From Lingula anatina (lineage: Eukaryota; Animalia; Brachiopoda): DNA of 64,000 nucleotides. The stretch is taken from positions 5,704,001 through 5,768,000 of the forward strand of contig CM120645.1 in NCBI GenBank assembly GCA_051362555.1. Reading direction: 5' to 3'. The notes under the pieces were generated by a model. It ran no database searches. It was not told the origin of the DNA and saw only the letters and a list, made by a program, of their open reading frames with translations. The position numbers and the translations under genes were made by a program. Positions within the stretch are counted from its first letter, which is position 1; the number at the start of each line of letters is the position of its first letter. Below are positions 15,001-28,500 of the stretch, in pieces.

Positions 15001-18000
15001 GTTTCTGCCCATGCCAGATTAATATTACCACCCAGAACCATTGTCAAGCCTTTTGCCATAGACTTGTCACACTGATAGGGGTGGGACATAGCTCTGCAAA
15101 TATTAGTATCAGTTCGAACAAAATTCTTATTTTCTCTTTAAAAAGATTGACGTTTATTTTGGTAACTTGTTAGTCATTGAACAAAGCAGCAAGTAAGATG
15201 TTCATTCAGCAGCCAGTACATTCATGCTTGTTATTGTCTCCATATTCGTAGGAAATGAAAATGCCGTGTGCAGAGGCCATGGAGAGGTCAAACATCCTGG
15301 AACTCCTGGTCCAGACCCTTGACGCAGCCCAGCAGTGCCTCAGTGCAGCCAAACTCACTACTACTCCTAAGTAAGTATTGGGAAGAGTTGGGAGAGGGGT
15401 TGAACTGGGGCCAGTTTAACCAAAGTTGAAGTTGTGTGAAATTTTGGATTTGATTTCTAGTCCAGTTTCCATGCTTAAGTCCCTGTATTCTGAATACTCC
15501 TTAATACTGTTAGATCTGGTGTGTAGAGTGCAGTGCATGGACGAATTCCTTCCAGTTGTTTTCATAATAGTACCTGTCGGGTCAGACACCATGCTAGAGT
15601 AATATTACCACCCAGAACCATTGTCAAGACCTTCACCATAGACTTGTCACACTGATAGGGGTGGAACAACTGTTGATTTTACAAGTCCCTCATCTAAGAA
15701 TTTCATTGTTCTCCATTTGAATGGTGCATATTGAAGATGATGTGATCTCAATTTAAGAATGAATATTACTATGAGAAGATGTATTTTATAGTACACATTT
15801 TCAAAAAGAGGAAAAATTTGTGTAAGATGGTTATTGTTTGTCGCAGGTTACTCACTGTATTATTGCAGTTCACACAAGGATAGAGACAATATCCTAATAA
15901 CACATTTTGTTAATACTGAAAAATATTTTACCCCTTTTGATATTTATCCTAGGTGGCTAGCTGCCCTGTTGTTGCTGATAGACCTGTATGAAAAGATGTC
16001 CATGGTGTCCAAGAGAAGGATGGCCGCTGAGGCTGTACTGGTAAGTGGAAGAATATCCCATCTTAGTTTAGAACCAAGAATAAGTTAGTTAAATTTAGCA
16101 GGGGAAACAAAGGCACGGGCCACTACAAGATTGAGAAATACCAACAATATTGCAGTTCAGGTCATTGTGTGATAAATTTTTATAACAAACCTTGAGTTGC
16201 TGCCCCTGGGTGAAGCAAATGATTTTCCATATATTGCAAGTGGGATTGTGTATGCACTAATCAGATCAAAATGCCACAAGTATTGTCTAGTAGGCAATGG
16301 CTAACACCCACCCTGTGATGGCTTTCAAAATTTCCCAGTCATTCTCAGCTTGGATTTAGTTCCCATAAGTGTTAAGAATGCTGCCAAACTGTTTTATTTA
16401 AATTGATGTATATAAGTTGCAGTATACTAATGATTGCATGGATGAATTCCTTACAGTTGTCATAACAGTAGCTGTCGGGTCAGACACCATGCTAGAGTAA
16501 TATTATTACCACCCAGAACCATTGTCAAGACTTTAACCATAGACTTGTCACACTGATAGGGGTGGGACATAGCTCTGCAGGAAAATAATTTGAGAAATTA
16601 AAAATTGTAATATATTTACCCCCCTTCAGATCTACAATTGAATTCAAACTTTAATACCCTTTTTGGACAGAATCTCCAGAATAGTATTATCTTTGGGTTT
16701 TGCAGAAATATTGACCTGAAATAAATCTCACTTTTGTCCCTTTCCCAAAGCTGGAGAAATAATGTATAAGATAAGAGTATTATGTATATTGATGTGATAT
16801 TGCACGCAGTGTAGTATTGTGATGCAATTTGATATAACACTGTGCAGCATTGACGTATTATTGTGACAAATGGGTATGAAAACCAAACAACAGTAGATCA
16901 TTAGACTTCTTTAACTGCTATGATTTATCATACTATCACAGTCTCAGACTTGACATTTGTCAATATTTTCGTTGTTCCAGGGTGACAGTCACACCTGGAA
17001 GTGGTTTGATGACAGGACGGGAAGGTGGTGTAACTGCAGTGTCAACAACAACAAGACCATAGATGACTCTTACAGGGCAGGGGAAGCCAGCGTCAGGTGG
17101 GTGGCCTGCCTGCAGGGTTTTACACGTTTCTATCAGAGTGAACCAACACAGTTTGTGGGGCTCATTGAAGAGACTGATGAACTGAAGTGTTCAAAAGTAC
17201 TCAAACACACACAAATGTGTTGACTAAAGGATTTTCTGAGAGTTCCACAGAATCAGAATTCCTTTTTGTTTTGTGGTGAAATAAGGATGGTCTTATTATT
17301 GGCTAAATGTAACAGTTGTAAATAATTTGTTGTTAATTATTCTTTGTTTTCTGACATTGTAAACATGGGTGAATTCCTCCTATGACAGTAGCTGTCAGGT
17401 TAGACACTGCTAGTCTAGAGTATGTATTTCAATCCAAAATCTGTGTCAAGACTTAACAATAGGAGTGTGACACTGAAAGGAGTATTTTCCCGTAACATTC
17501 AAATTGGGAGTTACAAGCACTCACCACCCGTCATGATTCCCTTTCCAGATTTACAGCTGGCAGGAGAAGATACATTGTCCATTTCAACACCATGATTCAG
17601 GTAACAAAGAAACCTTATTACATCTAATGTTTAAATTGGCAGTGTTGACAGTGATTTGTTTAAAAAAATTCTTGGGATTTGCCATTAAGGGGACCTTTTT
17701 CTTGAATTTGTTGGGATCAGGGTTGTTTTCCCCCTGATATTGGATACAAAACCTTCAAACCTGATCAAAGATTTTATTGTTATATACAAAATATCCCAGC
17801 ACATCTCACTGATGAACACAATAAGACAAGCATATGACTGAATATATCATTGCTGAGTAATATGAGACCTGAGAGTTTGTGCTGAACCCTTTGTGAACTT
17901 TGTGATTTTTTTAGGATGAGTGGGGATAATAGACATTAAAAAGCGGTTTTGTATTATAATAATACTAAAAACCTAAATATGTTTCAGAGGTTTTTGAGAA

Positions 18001-19470
18001 AATGTAATGAATTTAGGCTTTTTGTAAATTTTTAGAAATTGTCATTAATTATATCTATGTTATATTTGACTTCAGTTTTAAGTCAACTTGCTATTCTGTT
18101 CTCAGGTCAATGAGGAGACTGGTAATCGCAGGCCTATAATGTTGTCCTTACCATCTAAAGAGGAGAAAGAAAAAGATAAGAAGGAAGAGGAAGTAGGGGC
18201 AGCATTGGGAGGAGTTGAAAAGACTGGAGTAGGGAAGGCAGAGGAAAAGAAAGGTATTAGATTGTTTTTCTTTTGATTTGCTGAAAAAATTAGGAGTATT
18301 AGAAGATATTGAAGAACATTTGTTGAGCTTTTCTGACTTTGTTTGCTGTTTGAGCTTGTTTCTATCATGCTATTGAGTATTAAAAAAATCAATTAAGCAG
18401 CTGCCCTTCTGTATCTTTAAAGGTCTGCAAAGTGAATTTTTTTCCAGTGCATTACATACTTAACGCGGGTATTTATTGGTAAGATTTCAAAGATTTTGGA
18501 TGGAAAGAAAATAGAAGAAGAAAATTGTTTACCAGCATGGAACCTAAAAATCCACTTACTCTTTGATGAACAGAAAACCATAAGACAAGCATATGTCTGA
18601 TATGTACAGTGCTGTATGTGTGATTCTGAGAGCTTTTGGTTTTAATGTTATGAAGTTGTGACTTCATATATGTTTGTTGCATGTAAAGTGATCACTACTG
18701 GTGTGCCTTGTTCTTTGTAGATGAAAAGATGGAAACGGAGGAAACAAAGAAGACGTCAAAGTTTGTGAAGGGGTTGACACCAGAACAGATCAATACTATT
18801 GTCAGGTAGGTATAAGTTATCGGTCATTGTAAGATGCCTGAATGTATCACTTTAACAACTGTATATAAAGTCTACAGAAAATCAAGCATTGACTTATATG
18901 ATGATCCTTATAGTTTGTTTCAAGAAGATGGCACCTCAGCATAAATCTCTGCTCCAGAGACAAATCGGTAAAAAATTAATTCCAATTCCAGGGCCTCAGT
19001 AGGCATGATAGCCATCCCAGTGGAACCTGACACCCTGCATGCTGTGATGAGACTCTGTCTGCGCGTGACGCGTGAACACCAGCACTCACTCACTTTCACA
19101 CAGCTGGGCGGTGCCCGTCTCCTCCTGAACCTGACGCAGGCCTCGGCATTCCAAGGGTTCACCTCACTGGCCACCCTGCTGCTGAGACATGTACTGGAAG
19201 ACCCGGCCAACCTCAGGCATACCATGGAAAAGGTGGGTGAAGAGGGAAAAAAGGGGGGAGGGGGGGACCTTAGACACACATGGGGGGGGAAAAAGGGGGA
19301 GTTGGTAGTCTTACAAACCTACCTTGGAAAAAGTGGGTGAATAGGGACCAGAAGTAATATTGGCTATCTTAAGGCATGTGGAAAAAGGGGGAGAAGCTAC
19401 GCTTAGAGGCATTCTGTAGAAAAAGATTGGTAAATAGGGTGAAAAGGGCAGGGTTGCTAGCCTTAAACAT

Positions 19471-19516
<46 letters not shown>

Positions 19517-22500
19517 ATGGCTAGGTGTAATGCAAAAGAATTATAGAATTATCATATCCATTTCATACTGCAACACAGGGCTTAATTGGAGTTTTAGAAG
19601 TTCTCTCTATACCATGTTGCTAACAAGTGGTTTATGTCCCTGTTCAAGGTTGTGAGAACTGCCGCTGCAGGTACTGGCTCCAGTATGAATGGAGTGGCAC
19701 AAGGCAGTATAGGAGCCAAAGAAATGCACTATGTCCTCAGAGCCCTGGGTCCAGCAGCTTGCCGACAGCCAGAACTCTTCAAGGAGGTGGCACAGAATGT
19801 TCTCAGAATTGCTCTTCCACCACCATCCAAGAGAGGTAAGGGTGAATTACTGTTCTGCATTGTTTGATAGGTTTAGAAAATAGTACAAAAAAAAAAAAAA
19901 AACTAGGCAAGTTTATTTACCTTGAGTATAATCCTACAGCTGTCTTAAGAAAAACACAGACCTGGTTTCCATCGATCTCTATAGATTTCTGTTTGTGAGA
20001 AGATGCTCTTAGCAGTACCAAAACCCATCTCCATGATGAATTTATACTAAAGACAAGCATATGTCTGATCATAGTGCTGACAGAAGTATGATTCTGAGAG
20101 CAGCTGATATCAAACCACTGGGCTTTGGATATTATCAAATTAGCCACTGTAGGAATGTTATAGCTAAGACGGAGATCTGTCATTTTGTGTTGCTTAAATT
20201 ATATATAATGCCCTGTAATATCAGGGAATCAAAATAATGGAATTCTTAGAAAAATTGGCAAGAACTTTATTTCATACCAAAGCATATCAAGTGTTGAATG
20301 TGATGCACATGGGGAACATTCAAAACTTTTGGCATCAACTTAAAATATATTTTCCCCTGTTTTCAGATGAGGATGACTCTAGAATCACAGGCCCCAATGC
20401 TGCTCAGATCCTGAAGACAGTGCCAGTGAAGCAAAGTAAACCTGTAGATGTGGCACTGGCCATGAAGCAGGTCACCAAGGATCTGCTGGATGCCCTGGCT
20501 GTCAAATACACCTGGTTACAAGAAGGTAATTTTTGAACACCGGGACACAGATGAGCTTGTGAGCATGTGTGCGAGTATGCAATCTGCACTAACACCAAAG
20601 GGTCATCAAATTTGTTGATTTTAAACAGACAACAATTTAATGTGAATATATCTTCCTAAAGGACAGTCCACAGTTGAGAATAAAAATCTTTTCTACTTGG
20701 GCATAATTGCAACGAAGAGTTTGGAATGCTTCCCACAGTGGCTTTAAGTATGGTGACATAAGGCCGTCTCTGCAGGTGATTTACCAAAATTGATGCATTT
20801 CTTTTAAATTGTTGATATCTTATCATAACTCACTTGAAGGCAGACGTTTCACTGATTCTCAATAATTGTTGTATCATTCCCACAGAGAATGAGAAGGAAG
20901 AAGGAGGACGTTCCCCCCAGACCATAGCTGAGGCTATCCAGGAGGTGGTGACAGAGGTGACACGGGAGCTGTCAGGACGCGGAGGAATGCTGAGACAGGA
21001 CAGCTCTGTGGACCTACAGCAGCAAGATGATGACACTACTCAGGTTAGGGTCACATCAGTTATATTTAGTTTTTATTTCAGTATATCACTGCTCTTTCTA
21101 TGAAATGACATATCCAAAATTGTCTTGGGGTGGATTGAAAATGAAAGTGTTCTTGCAGAAAAGAAATTTGCACATCCATATGTATCCTTTTTCTGTGGAA
21201 TGTAGGGTTTGGATTGCTTTGCTTTGAAATTTTCAAAAATAATGGATCAAAGAGTTGGAATACTAACATATTTCCCTTTATTCCAGGCCCAAACAGATCA
21301 AAATGCAACAGAGGCTGGCCAGTCCACCAGCGGCCAGGACAAAGAGGCTGAGAAAGACCGAGAGAAGAAGGCTGCAGAAGAAGAGAAAAAGAAGCGCCCC
21401 CTATTGTTGAAGTCTGCCATCTTGCGCCTGTTGGCAGAGCTGGTTCGCTCATACTCTGGCTGTGCTCAACTTATTACTTCCCATACATATCAGTCAGGAC
21501 AGACTGAGTTAGTCAGCGAGGTAGGTTGTGAAGCAGTTCAAAGTCAGCCAGCAGGTTCTGGTGCTAAGTGGCTTAGTGCTACCTTGAATAAAATAAACAT
21601 AATTTGAATGTTTTAAAGATGCTTAGCTTATGTGCTGTGTGTAGGTTTGAAATGAAATTGATGGAAGGACATTAGATCTAGTTTGAAAGGATACAAAATG
21701 AATTGAATACTTCGGTTTTTAAAGTGACAAGCTAAATAATAGAGTCAGTTAAGATTTCAGGGTTTGGACATAGTTCTACCTTAGTTCTTATATTAAGGCC
21801 ACACTTTTTATGTACAGACACAGATGTGTCTGTACATATTGCCATCACCTGCGTCTGTCGTCGCCGTCGTCGCCGATGGTGATGCCGATGCCGATGCCGA
21901 TGCCGTGCACTTTCCTTGTAAACACGATAAGTGGAACACAGTTTTATTTTTTGCTTTTATATTTACAGAGCTGATGAATATTCATAAAACGCAGGTCAAG
22001 TTCGAAAATCAGCATGATCGGGCCAAATTAAAGTAGAAGTTATACTGTTTTTTCACTTTTCAGCATATATGCAACGCTGTAAACACATTTTAAGGAAAAC
22101 CGTTAGGCCAATTGTCATTAAACTCACAGGAGTGGTCAATCTTACTAAAACGCAGGTTGAGTTCGAAAATCAGCATAATCAGGCCATTATTTTAGAAGTT
22201 ATGCTGTTTTTTCACATTTCCTCAGATTCAGTTCTTAGGCATGTTAACAGTCTTATTATTTAACTAATAAGATACATAAAAGTGTTTGTTTGACAGTTCC
22301 TGCATCTTTACAACATTGTTAGTTGATTATGTAAAAATGATGGTAAACTTGTTATCGTGTATTGTGTAATAAAGTGTCAAAAATGGAAATAAACTCATAT
22401 CATTGCAGTTTGTCATATTCAATAATTCATTATGTTCAGAATCTCAGAATGGAAGAAATTGGACATTTTACACTATTCTATTGATATTTTTCCCATCTCA

Positions 22501-25500
22501 TCAATTTTCTTAGTTGATCATATAAAAATGGCAGTAAACTGTTAATTTTGTTTTGTGTAAAAAAATTGTTAAAAATGGGAAAAAACCCATTTCAGAACAG
22601 TGCTGTCTTGTTTCACATTTCTACAGATTCAGTTCTTAGGCATGTTAACAGTCTCATTATTGAACTAATAAGATACGTAAAAGTGTTTGTTTGACATTTC
22701 CTTCATCTTTACAACATTGTTAGTTGATTATGTAAAAGTGATGGTAAACTTGTTATCGTGTATTGTGTAATAAAGTGTCAAAAATGGAAATAAACTCATA
22801 TCATTGCAGTTTGTCAGATTCAATCATTCACTATGTTCAGAATCTCAGAATGGAAGAAATTGGACATTTAACACTGTTCTATTGATATTTTTCACATCTC
22901 ATCAATTTTCTTAGTTGATCATATAAAAAATGGCAGTATCCTATTAATTTTATGTTAAAAAGTGTTAAAAATGGAAATAAACCCATTTCAGAACAGTGGA
23001 GTCTTGTTTACATTTTGGCATTTTTAAGGTGTGACTTTGAAGTTCCATCGACCTATAAACCTTTGTTAGTCACGTTTTCTGTTTGTCCATGATACTAATA
23101 TTTTATTATTAAAAATTGATGGTCATTATGCTGTTAAACATTATGTAATATTGCATCAAAATTTGAAAAAAACCTATTTTGGGCACTGCTCCCATGATGA
23201 CCATTTAAGAAAAACCATGTCACTTACTGTTCTCAAACAGTACAGTTAATATGTACAGATGTGTCTGTACATATTGCCATCACCTGCGTCTGTCGTCGCC
23301 GTCGTTGCCATCACTGTCGCTGTCGCTGGCGCCGTGCACTTTCATTGTAAACACGATAAGTGGAAGAAAGTTTTACTTTTTGGCTGTATATTTACAGAGC
23401 TGACGAATATTCATAAAATGCAGGTCAAGTTCAAAAAACAGCATGATCGGGCCATTATTGTAGAAGTTATGCTGTTTTTTTTACTTTTCAGCATATATGC
23501 AACACTGTAAACACATTTCAAGGAAAACTGATAGGCTTTTTGTCATGAAACTCACAGGAGTAATCTAACTTACTATAACGCAGGTCAAGTTCGAAAATCG
23601 GCAGGATCGGGCCACTATTTTAGTAGTTATGCTTTTTTTTTTTCACTTTTCAGCATATATGCAACACTGTTAACACAATATAAGAAAAACAGATAGGCCA
23701 ATTGTCATTAAACTTACAGGAGTGGTCATTCCTGCTAAAACGCAGGTTGAGTTCAAAAATCAGCATAATCGGGCCATTATTTTAAAGAAATGCAGTTTTT
23801 TCACATTTCCTCAGATTCAATTCTTAGGCATGTTAACAGTCTCATTATTGAACTAATAAGATACGTAAAAGTGTTTGTTTGGCATTTCCTGCATCTTTAC
23901 CACATTATTAGTTGATTATGTAAAAATGATGGTAAACTTGTTATCGTGTATTGTGTAATAAAGTGTCAAAAATGGAAATAAACCCATATCATTGCAGTTT
24001 GTCAGATTCAATCATTCACTATGTTCAGAATCTCAGAATGGAAGAAATTGGACATTTAACACTGTTCTATTGATATTTTTTCCATCTCATCAATTTTCTT
24101 AGTTGATCATATAAAAACGGCAGAAAACTGTTAATTTTGTTTTATGTTAAAAATTGTTAAAAATGAAAAAAAAAAAACATTTCAGAACAGTGCTGTCTCA
24201 TTTACATTTTGGCATTTTCAAGATGTGACTTTGAAGTTCCATGGGCCTGAAGACCTTTGCTAGGCACATTTTCTGAATATCCATAATACTAATATTTTAT
24301 TATTAAAATTGGTGGTCATTATGCTGTTAAACATTATGTAATATTGCATCAAAATTTGAAAAAAAAAACTATTTTGGGCACTGCTCCCATGATGACCATT
24401 TAAGAAAAACCATGTCATTTACTGTTCTCAAACTTACAGGAAAGAAACATGGGACTAAAATACAGCTTCAGTAGGAAATACAGTCTGTTTGGTAATTCTT
24501 ACTGCCAGTTAAACAGTTTTTTGTGAAATTTTAATTTTTCACATATTGGCATTTTCAAGGTGTGACTTTGAAGTTCCACGGGCTTGAAGACCCATGCTAG
24601 TCACATTTTCTGAAAATCCATGATACGTATATTTTATTATTAAAAATTGACGGTCATTATGCTGTTAACCATTTTGTAATATGGCATCAGAATAGAAGAA
24701 AACACAATTTTGGGTGCTGCTGCCATGATGACCATTATGGGAAAACCATGTTACTTATGATTGCCAAACTTTCAAAAAAGAAATACAGGACTAAAATTCA
24801 GCCTTAGTTGGAAAAGCAGTCGAATTGACTTCTTTTTCTTGAAATTATACATTTTCAAAGTGTAAACTTGTCACCTATTTTAATTACATTGGTATTACCT
24901 ATTGAGGATAATTAAAATTTGATGTTGAATTTGCAGTTTAACATAATGTATTTTTGCATCAGAATTGACAGTAGCCTATTTTGTGCATAGTTATTTCCTG
25001 TTTTTTGTCTGTACATTTGACAGCTTTGCTGCCTTGTTTATTTTTATGGATGACATCCTCTGGGGACCCCAAAGTCGGTGCGAGCGGGCGAAAAAAAAAA
25101 AAAAAAAACGGTCCAAAAAAAAAAAACTGCTTAAGAAAAGTTATGTTTTCAAAACACAGCTAGAAACACTAATTTACCACAGAAACACGTATCAAACTAA
25201 CAATATGTCTTTATCCATGCTCTCAAAATATTAAAGCATTGTGAATAGGGCCTACTTCGTAGAAAGGTAAAAAGTCATGTATATATATGCTGCATATGCT
25301 GCATGGGATTTTTTTTTTTTTTTTGGAGAACGGACGAAAATCGGTGTGCGCGCAGGATGTCATCCATAAAAATAAAAAAGTGTGGCCTAAGTGGTAAATG
25401 AAGGAGATGAAGAAATTGATTATAACCTCAAATGATGCACAGAACACAGTGTTAATGTTATATGTTGCCAGCATTAATACCAATGAATGTGCTATAATAA

Positions 25501-28500
25501 ATGGCTGGTTGTCCTTCTTCTGCAAGCCTAGTCTTGCTGAGAGATTAATCACTGGCAAACAAAACTAATTTCTTTGAATAGATTTTTTTTTCTAAATTAA
25601 CAAATTGTGAGAATTCACCATTAGGTAATTGTGAGATGAGATTTATACAAAAATCATGGTTACAGTAAACATCTGTGTGGAAGATTTTATTAACAGATAT
25701 TAATTTAAACAAATGAGACATTTATAAAATATTTGAATGCTCTTCTCTAATTTTCCAGGACTGCAATGTCCTCGCGTTCCTGCTAGACAATCTCCTGCCC
25801 AATACTCAGACCACAGGTGACCGGGACTGCCCGGCCCTGGCCAGGGTCCTGTTGGCCAGCCTGGCCGCCTGCAACCACAGTCCAGAGGCACAAAACACTC
25901 TAGTCAGCGAGGTGAAGGCTGCCCTGCAGAGGGCGCTGGCCTTACCCGAGAGCTCGGTCAAACACTCCAGAGTCCAGGCCCTAACCGGGATGATCAGCAC
26001 CATGATTGAGTCCTGTCCCACTCCGGGACACATCCCAAACCAGGTGTTCAAGGGACAGCAGTCCCACATGAACCAGATGGTGAAGGTGCTGTTGAAGAAG
26101 GGGCTGGTGATGGACTTGGCCAGGGTCCCCCACAGCCTGGACCTGTCCAGCCCTCACATGGCCACCACAGTTAACACGGCCCTGAAACCTCTGGAGACCC
26201 TGTCCAGGATTGTGAACTCCCCTACTGTACAGACACAGAGGCAGGCCAAGCAGAAGGGGACAGGGGTGGCTGCTCTACAGAGTGCTGAGCAGGTGGCTAA
26301 TAATATACAGGAAGGTGGGTAGAGTGGGGGCTCTGTATTGGAATGATGTGTGCATGTTTAGTAGTGTTTGTGGGTGTGAGTGAGAAAGGAGGAGCTAATC
26401 AAATTGTTACAGGATTTTTTTCAACATACAAAGTACTCTCAGAAAGAGTGGTTTTTGGTTTTCAACAAAGTTTAAATTATTGGTGGTCAAAATAAATTAT
26501 CAGTATCTTTGTGTTGCATATGTGATGAGAATCCATGTAATATGGCTACCTAGTGTAAGATGCACGATGATGGTACTTTTTGTTCACCTTGGAGAACTGA
26601 TATGCAACCAGTGATAACAAAAGATAATCGTGTAAAATCATTAAACCTTTTGTTTTGCTTCACTAGTAAATGAATCAAGTTGATTACAGCCAGTCTTATT
26701 TTTTGCAAGTTGGTGGTTTTTCTCTGTGTCAATATATTGAAATGGTGTATATTCACTCCTGTTAAGGTGAAGAGCTCAGTCAAAACACCTCAACAGTGGA
26801 GCCCTCAGATGAAACACTAGAGGGAGCTGCTGAAGAAGACACCCAAGAGGAACCAGATACACAAGAGGAACTAGAAATCTCAGATATGCCACCTATGGAC
26901 GAGTCTGAAATCCAAGAAGCTCAGGTACATGGCTTTTTGTCATGTTGACTTAGTGATCATGATGTCAGTTGTTTATTTGCAGAGTAAAAGTATAGATGTG
27001 AGAAATGGCTCAAACAACAATCTATGCTCAATTATTGTACAACATTGACAGTATGTGCAGAGTGCAGAAATTATTTTTAAACTACCTTGCGTCAAAAGAT
27101 GATGAAAGATTGCTAAGAAGAATGATGGAATTGGTTCGGCCTGCATGTTTCTCATAGCACATGCCAGAGCAAGTAGCAAGTTGTCCATCACATGGAGTAG
27201 TTTTGTTAACTGTTGAACTGTGTTGTTTCAGGATGAGGAATTTCAGGACATGTTTGACCAACTGATTCAACGTGATCGTGGTGGCCATGGAGAAAATGAG
27301 GTGCTAGCAGAGATGATTATAGAACCAGGTGAGAGTGGTTTGTTCTCAGAAAACTTATATTTTAGCTCCAGTTTTTAGCTCCAGTTGAAAAAAAATATGC
27401 TGTTAAAAAGTCAAGATGGTTTGTGTGCCTTCAATCCGTATTATTAAAGAAAATGCCCAAATGACTGAGGAATAACAATTAACCATGCATATTTCTCCTG
27501 TACTGTGATAAATACAGTGTTTATTTTTTCTATGATTACAGATGAGCCCAGTCAACTGCTGACACAGACAGACGATGGGGACGAAGTTCTCGTAGACGTG
27601 GAAGTTGACACAGATGATGTGGATCCTCATGATTCTCAGATGATAACGCAGGAAATATCAGATGATGAAGTGGACAATACTCATGGTAAGGAGGAGTTAA
27701 TATCATCTGTGCCTAGTATTTATAGGGATCCTACCCTGAAGCTTTGTTTAATTTCCCTAATCTGGACAGTTTCTGTAGATTGGCTGTTTTTATCCAATTT
27801 TATTATCATATTTTGCTGAGTAAAAATGAAAGGAAGCCATATAACTATTTTCTCCAGCTAAGTAAGGAAAATATCTGAGGACCTCATGTTATTAGTAGCA
27901 TTTGTTGTGTTTATGTTTAAAAATAAAGGTTTGATTAGAATTATAATCAAGGCACATCATGAATATGCCATACCATATCATGTACCTTACCATGATACCA
28001 CTCTATACCATACCATACCATACTATACTATTTTATACCATGCCATAATGGTGGACATTTTGACATTTTCAGTTGAAGACGACCACCCAGAATCGGATGA
28101 TCACCAGTCTGATGCTGATGATGACGATGACGATGAAGATGACCATGACGAGGACGAAGATGAGGACAACGAAGAGGAGGAGGAGGATAACGATGATGAT
28201 GAAGATGATGATGAAGAGGATATTGAGGATGATGAGGTAAAAAATATGGCATTTATAGCTTTGATTTTAAATAGATTTGGGAGCATAATTTTGATTTGAA
28301 AATCAAATTTATTTGTAAATAACACTAATGATTACAGCAATAATCGTGAAATAAAATGACAATGATGAAAGAAGAGTTATTATAATATTCATACCAGAAA
28401 TGTTGATTAGAAACTTTGTTAAGAGAAACATTTGATAAATATAAAGATTTTAACCAAGGTTGGAATTGTTTGGAAACTTACATTAATTACCATTTCTTGC

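Noticed and set aside
21824-23510. Two similar ORFs ([16 protein letters not shown])
   Set aside because: They are the duplicated non-coding head of the Helentron-type element; no transposase or Rep/helicase motifs.
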